Shown here piece after piece: positions 20,533 to 25,763 of a DNA stretch of 25,763 bases. Positions within the stretch are counted from its first letter, which is position 1. Every line of letters begins with the position of its first letter. A program made the translations under genes and the position numbers. Below the pieces are notes generated by a model. That model had not been told where the DNA came from, did no database searches, and worked only from the letters and a program-made list of their open reading frames with translations. This DNA is from a virus (Duplodnaviria; Heunggongvirae; Uroviricota; Caudoviricetes). Where the stretch lies: IMG/VR virus record IMGVR_UViG_2609459852_000021. One strand, 5' to 3'.

Positions 20533-22911
20533 ATGGCAGCAGTAAAAATCTCAGGTGTGCTGAAAGATGGTGCGGGAAAACCAATACAGAACTGCACTAT
20601 TCAACTGAAGGCAAAGCGTAACAGCACCACGGTACTGGTGAACACGGTGGCCTCTGAAAATCCGGATGAAGCCGGGCGTTACAGCATGGACGTTGAGTAT
20701 GGTCAGTACAGCGTCATCCTGTGGATTGAGGGTTCTCAGCCATCACATGTTGGGACCATTACCGTCTATGAAGGTTCCAGTCCGGGGACGCTGAATGATT
20801 TTCTCGGTGCCATGACGGAAGATGATGTCATGCCGGAGGCATTGCGCCGTTTTCAGGCAATGGTGGAAGAAGCGGCACGCAACGCCGAAGCCGCCTCTCA
20901 GAGCGCAGCGGCGGCAAAGAAATCCGAAACTGCAGCGGCATCATCGAAGAACGCGGCGAAAACCTCAGAAACGAATGCAGCTAATAGTGCACAGGCGGCA
21001 GCGACCTCAAAGACTGCATCGGCAAACTCCGCGACAGCAGCCAAAAAATCAGAAACCAACGCGAAAAATAGCGAGACAGCCGCAAAGACGAGCGAAACCA
21101 ACGCAAAGTCCAGCCAGACGGCAGCGAAAACCAGCGAAACGAATACCAAAGCCAGTGAAACTGCGGCGAAAAACAGCCAGGATGCAGCGGCCCAAAGCGA
21201 GAGTGCCGCAGCTGGTTCTGCAAGTGCGGCGGCTTCTTCTGCCACTGCATCAGCCAACAGTCAAAAAGCTGCAAAAACCAGCGAAACTAACGCAAAGTCC
21301 AGCCAGACGGCAGCGAAGACCAGCGAAACGAATGCCAAAGCCAGCGAAACTGCGGCGAAAAACAGTCAGGATGCAGCAGCCCAAAGCGAGAGTGCTGCAG
21401 CTGGTTCTGCAAGCGCGGCGGCTGCTTCTGCCACTGCATCAGCCAACAGTCAAAAAGCAGCAAAAACCAGTGAAACCAATGCAAAGACAAGCGAGACTGC
21501 AGCGGCGAACTCGGCGAAAGCATCGGCAGCAAGCCAGACAGCAGCTAAAGCAAGTGAAGACGCAGCCAGAGAGTATGCAAGTCAGGCAGCAGAGCCGTAT
21601 AAATATGTCTTACAGCCACTGCCTGATGTGTGGATACCATTTAACGATTCACTGGATATGATTACGGGCTTTTCGCCATCTTATAAAAAGATTGTTATTG
21701 GTGACGACGAAATAACGATGCCTGGTGACAAGGTGGTTAAGTTTAAACGCGCATCAAAAGCAACTTACATTAATAAATCTGGTGTGCTGACAGAGGCTAC
21801 CATTGACGAGCCACGATTTGAACGTGATGGCCTGCTTATTGAGGGGCAAAGAACGAACTTCTTCCCGAACAGTACAGACCCTTCGAAGTGGAATAAGTCA
21901 ACTTCACTGGACGTTACAGAAACAGGCACAGATAGTTTCGGTTTTAATTATGGCCGGTTTGTCGTACAGGATTCGATTGTTGGTACAAGTAAAGCGCATA
22001 CCATTATCGGACTGTATTCGAGTACCGGAGGGGTTGATACTTCAGGGGACGAAAAGTATGTAACTATATCCTGTCGGGTAAAAAGTGAAGTTGATAATAT
22101 CGACGTTCGTATTTTATTTGAACATTATGATGGGGAGGTAAGGACATCAATAGGAACAGCAAGCCTGAACCTTACCACCCGCATAATTAGCAAGACAGGT
22201 CAGACAAGCCGTGTTACAGCAAGGTCTGTTAAGGATGATGCAACTGGCTGGATATTTTTTGAGGCTACATTAAAAGCAGATACAACAGAAAATACGGTTG
22301 GTGGTTTCGTCCAGTATTCTCCGGATACAGGTCAGATGGTGGCATCAGGGGATTGTCTCGATGTAACCACTCCCCAGATTGAGGCTGGTACAGGCGCATC
22401 ATCTTTTATTGTTACGGGGGCTGCACCGGTAACGCGGGCAAGCGATATAGTTACAGTCCCAATTAAGAATAATCTTTATAATCTACCTTTTACGGTTCTT
22501 TGTGAGGTACATAAGAACTGGTATAAAACGCCAAATGCAGCACCGCGTGTTTTTGATACCGGCGGTCATCAAACCGGAGCGGCTATTATTCTTGGCTTCG
22601 GTTCTTCAGCAGATTACGACGGATTTCCTTATTGCGATATTGGTGGGGCTAACAGGCGGATAAACGAAAATGCATCGCTTGAAAAAATGGTTATGGGGAT
22701 GCGTGTAAAGTCAGATCAGTCTACATGCGCAGTAAGTAACGGGCGTATATCCAGCGAAACAAAAACCACATGGTCCTGTATTCAGAACTCCGCAATTATC
22801 CGTATTGGAGGCCAGACTACAGCCGGTTTACGCCATTTATTTGGTCATGTCAGGAATTTCAGAATATGGCACAAGGCATTGACTGATGCTCAGGTGGGGG
22901 AGTTAATCTAA
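20533..22911 (+). CDS. stf: side tail fibre protein (lambda Stf-like N-terminus, Ala/Ser/Thr-rich repeat shaft, non-lambda C-terminal receptor-binding region)
   Basis: N-terminus MAAVKISGVLKDGAGKPIQNCTIQLKA... matches lambda Stf; shaft built of SETNAK/TAAKTSE-type repeats; the C-terminal ~430 aa lacks the His-rich lambda tip and ends ...FRIWHKALTDAQVGELI (possibly a LamG/ConA-like jelly roll). Start at ATG 20533; an in-frame GTG lies at 20527. Confidence 0.88.
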   Translation: MAAVKISGVLKDGAGKPIQNCTIQLKAKRNSTTVLVNTVASENPDEAGRYSMDVEYGQYSVILWIEGSQPSHVGTITVYEGSSPGTLNDFLGAMTEDDVMPEALRRFQAMVEEAARNAEAASQSAAAAKKSETAAASSKNAAKTSETNAANSAQAAATSKTASANSATAAKKSETNAKNSETAAKTSETNAKSSQTAAKTSETNTKASETAAKNSQDAAAQSESAAAGSASAAASSATASANSQKAAKTSETNAKSSQTAAKTSETNAKASETAAKNSQDAAAQSESAAAGSASAAAASATASANSQKAAKTSETNAKTSETAAANSAKASAASQTAAKASEDAAREYASQAAEPYKYVLQPLPDVWIPFNDSLDMITGFSPSYKKIVIGDDEITMPGDKVVKFKRASKATYINKSGVLTEATIDEPRFERDGLLIEGQRTNFFPNSTDPSKWNKSTSLDVTETGTDSFGFNYGRFVVQDSIVGTSKAHTIIGLYSSTGGVDTSGDEKYVTISCRVKSEVDNIDVRILFEHYDGEVRTSIGTASLNLTTRIISKTGQTSRVTARSVKDDATGWIFFEATLKADTTENTVGGFVQYSPDTGQMVASGDCLDVTTPQIEAGTGASSFIVTGAAPVTRASDIVTVPIKNNLYNLPFTVLCEVHKNWYKTPNAAPRVFDTGGHQTGAAIILGFGSSADYDGFPYCDIGGANRRINENASLEKMVMGMRVKSDQSTCAVSNGRISSETKTTWSCIQNSAIIRIGGQTTAGLRHLFGHVRNFRIWHKALTDAQVGELI
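21085..21462 (+). repeat. perfect-frame tandem duplication, 2 x 189 bp (63 aa), inside stf; partial third unit to about 21490
   Basis: Units starting at 21085 and 21274 are near-identical at nucleotide level and encode KTSETNAKSSQTAAKTSETN(T/A)KASETAAKNSQDAAAQSESAAAGSASAAA(S/A)SATASANSQKAA twice. Confidence 0.85.
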
Positions 22912-23192
22912 TGAAAGATTTAACACTCAAATTTGTCGACAGGGCCGACTTTTCGGCCTTTATGGAGAGCATTGGCTATTATGATGACGAGTCGATGCAG
23001 GATGATATTCTTATTGACGTGATAGGTAATGTGTACAAAGAAACCGGAGAACTTACTGAAGATGGCGAGCCGGTATGTGTTAAGGAGGACGGATATTTTG
23101 TAAGCGTGCGCATCATTAATGATGCAAAAAAATCGTCAATATTCGATAAATACGCGATTGTTGTTGAGCATCAACTTCGTGGCTGGATGTGA
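22911..23192 (+). CDS. hypothetical acidic protein, 93 aa (possible tail-fibre chaperone or accessory protein)
   Basis: ATG overlaps the stf stop by 1 nt (TAATG); about 20 Asp/Glu against 10 Lys/Arg; no family recognised. Confidence 0.55.
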   Translation: MKDLTLKFVDRADFSAFMESIGYYDDESMQDDILIDVIGNVYKETGELTEDGEPVCVKEDGYFVSVRIINDAKKSSIFDKYAIVVEHQLRGWM

Positions 23193-23201
23193 GGGAGACA
23201 A

Positions 23202-23906
23202 ATGGCTACATCGACAGTAATTCCTGATGACATCAAAACGCTAAAGGGAGATGTCAGTAAAGCCAAGGAAGATATTTCCTCAATTAACGGAAAAGTATCA
23301 ACGCTTCAGACTGATATGACCAGTGCAAAGCAGGATATCAGCTCCAGATACACAAAAACTGAAGTTGATAATAAGCTGAAAAACAAACTGGAAGTGAACG
23401 CTCTGGAAAGCGGTCGTTATGGTGGAGATTTTTACCCGCTGACTGGCCGTGAAGCGTTTTATTTGTGGGGATTGGGCACGACTACAGCGGCGGCAAACCT
23501 TTATCTTAATCCTGACTCCGCAATTTCGTCTGTACTGCGGTCAACATCGTCTATCCGCTATAAAGATTCAGTAGAGACAATAGATTCAGAGCACGCCGAT
23601 CTCATTTTCAGGATGCGCCCTGTGTGGTACAGGTCGCAATGCGAAAATGACAGGCGTGACTGGGGATTCTACGGATTGATTGCCGAGGAAGTAGGAGAAA
23701 TTGCCCCTCAGTTTGTACACTGGCGACCAGCTAACGAGAATGATGCTCCTGAAGCTATTTCCAGCAATGGCCTTGTTGCCGAAGGTGTAATGTACGAACG
23801 TCTGGTTGTTCCACTGATTCACCATATCCAGAAACTGACTGAAAGAGTTGATGAACTTGAGTCAGAATTAAAGCTGTTATCAACTTCCCGAAGCGATATC
23901 GGATAA
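23202..23906 (+). CDS. small tail-fibre-like protein with C-terminal intramolecular chaperone (peptidase S74-like) domain
   Basis: RBS GAGGGAG; N-terminal heptad/coiled-coil segment (DIKTLKGDVSKAKEDISSINGKVSTLQTDMTSAKQDISS); C-terminal half carries S-x-x-R-x-K (SSIRYK), RPVWYR, GFYGLIAEEVGEIAPQFV, GVMYERLVVPLIHHIQKL and a terminal coiled coil, which I recall as the endosialidase/T5 pb1 chaperone-domain signature. Confidence 0.6.
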   Translation: MATSTVIPDDIKTLKGDVSKAKEDISSINGKVSTLQTDMTSAKQDISSRYTKTEVDNKLKNKLEVNALESGRYGGDFYPLTGREAFYLWGLGTTTAAANLYLNPDSAISSVLRSTSSIRYKDSVETIDSEHADLIFRMRPVWYRSQCENDRRDWGFYGLIAEEVGEIAPQFVHWRPANENDAPEAISSNGLVAEGVMYERLVVPLIHHIQKLTERVDELESELKLLSTSRSDIG

Positions 23907-23916
23907 AGGAGGAGTA

Positions 23917-24210
23917 ATGGATATAAGCCCCTTACTTCATGCACTTTGTGCTGTGGCTGCGCAGACACTGGTTGGTCTTTTTACCGGAAACTGGGCTTAC
24001 GGAGCGATAGCCGGTTGTGCGTTCTTCATTGCGCGTGAACACACCCAGGCAGAATATCGCTGGATTGAAATGTTCGGGCATGGCAAGCGAATGAATATGC
24101 CGTGGTGGGGCGGTTTTGATCCGCGCGCGTGGGATGTGGCAAGCCTGATGGATTTTGCTGTGCCGGTGGTGGCGTGTCTGCTGGTCTGGCTGTTGGTTAA
24201 TCGTGGGTGA
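23917..24210 (+). CDS. small membrane protein, 97 aa, about 3 predicted TM helices
   Basis: Strong RBS AGGAGG; hydrophobic segments PLLHALCAVAAQTLVGLFTG, AYGAIAGCAFFIA and FAVPVVACLLVWLLV; no family recognised. Confidence 0.5.
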   Translation: MDISPLLHALCAVAAQTLVGLFTGNWAYGAIAGCAFFIAREHTQAEYRWIEMFGHGKRMNMPWWGGFDPRAWDVASLMDFAVPVVACLLVWLLVNRG

Positions 24211-24220
24211 AAAAAGGTGA

Positions 24221-24349
24221 GCTGTATATGCAACGGAGGAAGAAACCTCGTTGCGGGAAGCCTGGAAGAAGTATCGGGTGTTGCTGAACCGTGTTGATAC
24301 ATCAACTGCACCTGATATTGAGCGGCCTGTGAACCCTGTCAGGGAGTAA
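24221..24349 (+). pseudogene. tfa: 3' remnant of a tail fibre assembly gene (tfa), no start codon
   Basis: Frame opens directly after a TGA and encodes ...[39 protein letters not shown], the conserved C-terminus of lambda-family Tfa proteins. Confidence 0.6.
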
Positions 24350-24363
24350 TCATTGGGATTATG

Positions 24364-24396
24364 CCGCAGCACGTCTTAAGCAAGAACGTGCTGCGG
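24364..24396. terminator. 10-bp stem-loop between the tfa remnant and the 3' end of the methyltransferase gene (possible bidirectional terminator)
   Basis: CCGCAGCACG-(13-nt loop)-CGTGCTGCGG; a T-run (TATTTTTT) follows about 10 nt downstream on the + strand, so the terminator call is weak. Confidence 0.35.
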
Positions 24397-24403
24397 TTGG
24401 ATG

Positions 24404-25072
24404 CTATTTTTTCCCTGAAGCGGAAAACATTACTACAGTACCTTGAACCTTGGTTTTAACATTCTCGAAATGCTCTGAGAGTATATGTGTTAAGCCTTCT
24501 TCGGAATCTTTTGTGTTTGAAAAGATGCCTTTCTGATTGTAAATGCGCATCAGTTTTTGACCGAAGCTATTGTGCACAACTCCATCGCCAAGAATTGTGG
24601 CTCCGTATAGAGTTCCATCGTCAGTTAAGGCCTGCGCCGCATTGCGTATTACACAGCTTTTTGTAGATATATTTCCAGGCAGGCAGTGAAGAAGGTAAAA
24701 CATGGAAATGGAATCAAATTGACCATGTAACGTCGCGGGATAAGGTTCAAAAACATCATGGCTAATTTTATGTTTAATTTTTGATTCCCCAGCCCTTGTA
24801 GATGCCGCGTTCAGGCTAGCTTCGTTCAAATCCATTAAAGATATCAGACTACTCTCAGGTACGTGAGTAAGGTAAAACCCAGTTCCAACACCAATATCCA
24901 GATGGTTGTTACCTAAATGTTCCAGAAAGTGTGGAAGAAGGTGTTCCTTTGTAGGACATCCCCATGCAAGCCGATTTGATACTCCCAAAACCCACCAGTC
25001 ATAAAGCTTTAGGGTAAGTGGTGTGTAAATTTTAGCCCCATCATCTGTGTTTTTTTTCATTAATTTCACCAT
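24404..25072 (-). CDS. class I SAM-dependent methyltransferase, substrate unknown (probable start at 25060, MKKNTDD...)
   Basis: Minus-strand ORF with Rossmann motif I LDIGVGTGFY, an acidic post-I strand (SLMDLNEAS) and FDSISMFYLLHCLP; no DPPY/NPPY or Pro-Cys motif, so it is unlikely to be a DNA methyltransferase; AT-rich. Confidence 0.75.
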   Translation of the reverse strand: MVKLMKKNTDDGAKIYTPLTLKLYDWWVLGVSNRLAWGCPTKEHLLPHFLEHLGNNHLDIGVGTGFYLTHVPESSLISLMDLNEASLNAASTRAGESKIKHKISHDVFEPYPATLHGQFDSISMFYLLHCLPGNISTKSCVIRNAAQALTDDGTLYGATILGDGVVHNSFGQKLMRIYNQKGIFSNTKDSEEGLTHILSEHFENVKTKVQGTVVMFSASGKK

Positions 25073-25091
25073 GTTATAGTTTTATTTGTGA

Positions 25092-25120
25092 ATTAAATCA
25101 ATTACGGCGATGAATTACAA
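25092..25120 (-). promoter_or_regulatory. putative sigma70-like promoter for the methyltransferase gene
   Basis: On the minus strand: TTGTAA, 17-nt spacer, TTTAAT, about 20 nt upstream of the ATG at 25060; judged by eye only. Confidence 0.25.
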
Positions 25121-25128
25121 GGGGTTAA

Positions 25129-25398
25129 ATGCTGCCGCAGCATAGCGATATTGAAATAGCCTGGTATGCTTCGATACAGCAGGAGCCGAATGGCTGGAAG
25201 ACCGTCACCACACAGTTCTACATCCAGGAATTCAGTGAGCATATTGTGCCACTTCAGGATGCTGTAGATCTGGAGATCGCAACGGAGGAAGAAAACTCGT
25301 TGCTGGAAGCCTAGAGGAAGTATCGGGTGTTGCTGAACCGTGTTGATACATCAACTGCACCTGATATTGAGTGGCCTGCAAATCCTGTCAGGGAGTAA
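25129..25398 (+). pseudogene. tfa: truncated tfa-like gene with in-frame amber codon at 25312-25314
   Basis: Encodes [91 protein letters not shown]; the amber codon falls where Tfa homologues have Trp (TGG); the frame opens immediately after a TAA, so the N-terminus is much shorter than in the 194-aa lambda Tfa. Confidence 0.55.
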
Positions 25399-25448
25399 TC
25401 ATTGGGATTATGCCGCAGACACGTCGTATGCAGGAACGTGCTGCGGTT
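25262..25448 (+). repeat. direct repeat copy 2 (tfa 3' end plus downstream hairpin)
   Basis: About 90% identical to 24215-24398; includes an imperfect hairpin at 25413-25446. Confidence 0.8.
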
Positions 25449-25514
25449 AGTTTGTGAGCTTTCGATAGTGCGAGTATTGAATGATTTCCAGCCGTTACCG
25501 ATTTTACGTGCTAA

Positions 25515-25763
25515 TTAGTGAACAAACCACTCGTCAGCAGACTCCCAGGTATCTTTCAGAGTTTCCTGAACAAAAGTTTTAGCTGAATCTTTATCGGCGG
25601 TGCGCGTAACAGAAAGGCCATCGTTGCTGGTGGCTTTTACGATCACCTCTACATCGTCATAACGTTTACTGATGCGTCGGGTTAATTCTTCCTTTAACGC
25701 ATCCACAGCACCGGTTGGCATTTTAGTCATTTTTTCTTTGGCTATGCAGATTTCAATACGCAT
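25515..25763 (-). CDS. DinI-like protein
   Basis: 82-aa minus-strand [40 protein letters not shown]...[15 protein letters not shown] resembling the DinI family; start codon sits at the last three bases of the window, so the upstream region is not visible. Confidence 0.8.
   Translation of the reverse strand: MRIEICIAKEKMTKMPTGAVDALKEELTRRISKRYDDVEVIVKATSNDGLSVTRTADKDSAKTFVQETLKDTWESADEWFVH

Larger units (their letters stand above)
24215..24398 (+). repeat. direct repeat copy 1 (tfa 3' end plus downstream hairpin), about 185 bp
   Basis: About 90% identical to 25262-25448 in the same orientation. Confidence 0.8.

Noticed and set aside
21085-21490. Possible CRISPR-like array or diversity-generating element suggested by tandem repeats
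   Set aside because: Repeat units are 189 bp, in frame, protein-coding, and have no spacers; no reverse transcriptase or template repeat is present in the window.
20822-21661. 279-aa + strand ORF rich in Arg/Lys/Pro/Gln overlapping stf
   Set aside because: Alternate frame of the stf repeat shaft; its internal repetition simply mirrors the 189-bp nucleotide duplication; the stf frame has clear homology.
24228-24280. Short + strand ORF starting at ATG 24228 within the first tfa remnant
   Set aside because: Out of frame with the conserved Tfa reading frame and only about 17 codons; the region is better explained as a tfa 3' fragment.
24215-25448. Invertible tail-fibre segment (Gin/Pin-type G-segment)
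   Set aside because: The two tfa-derived repeats are in direct, not inverted, orientation; no invertase gene and no recognisable 26-bp crossover site were seen.

Overview
This window is the late (morphogenesis) arm of a lambda-like siphovirus, most likely a prophage or circular/concatemeric form because the cos junction (cosN GGGCGGCGACCT at 901-912) lies inside contiguous sequence. From cos it reads on the + strand as an almost lambda-identical head and tail operon: Nu1, A, W, B, C with nested Nu3, D, E, FI, FII, Z, U, V, G and G-T (-1 frameshift), H, M, L, K, I, J, then lom and an intact side tail fibre gene. Lambda assignments rest on recalled protein sequences and gene order, not on a database search. 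Departures from lambda are concentrated in three places. (1) Gene I is split into two overlapping ORFs by an apparent 1-nt insertion. (2) The receptor-binding ends of J and stf are replaced by non-lambda alleles, and stf carries a perfect tandem 189-bp duplication. (3) An AT-rich accessory region at about 22.9-25.5 kb holds three tightly coupled small genes where tfa normally sits, plus a minus-strand SAM-dependent methyltransferase flanked by direct repeats of a tfa 3' end, followed by a DinI-like gene. That accessory region is the best candidate for anything undescribed; the rest is textbook lambda. Two AT-rich minus-strand genes sit upstream of cos. No tRNA, rRNA, CRISPR array, integrase or att site was recognised.
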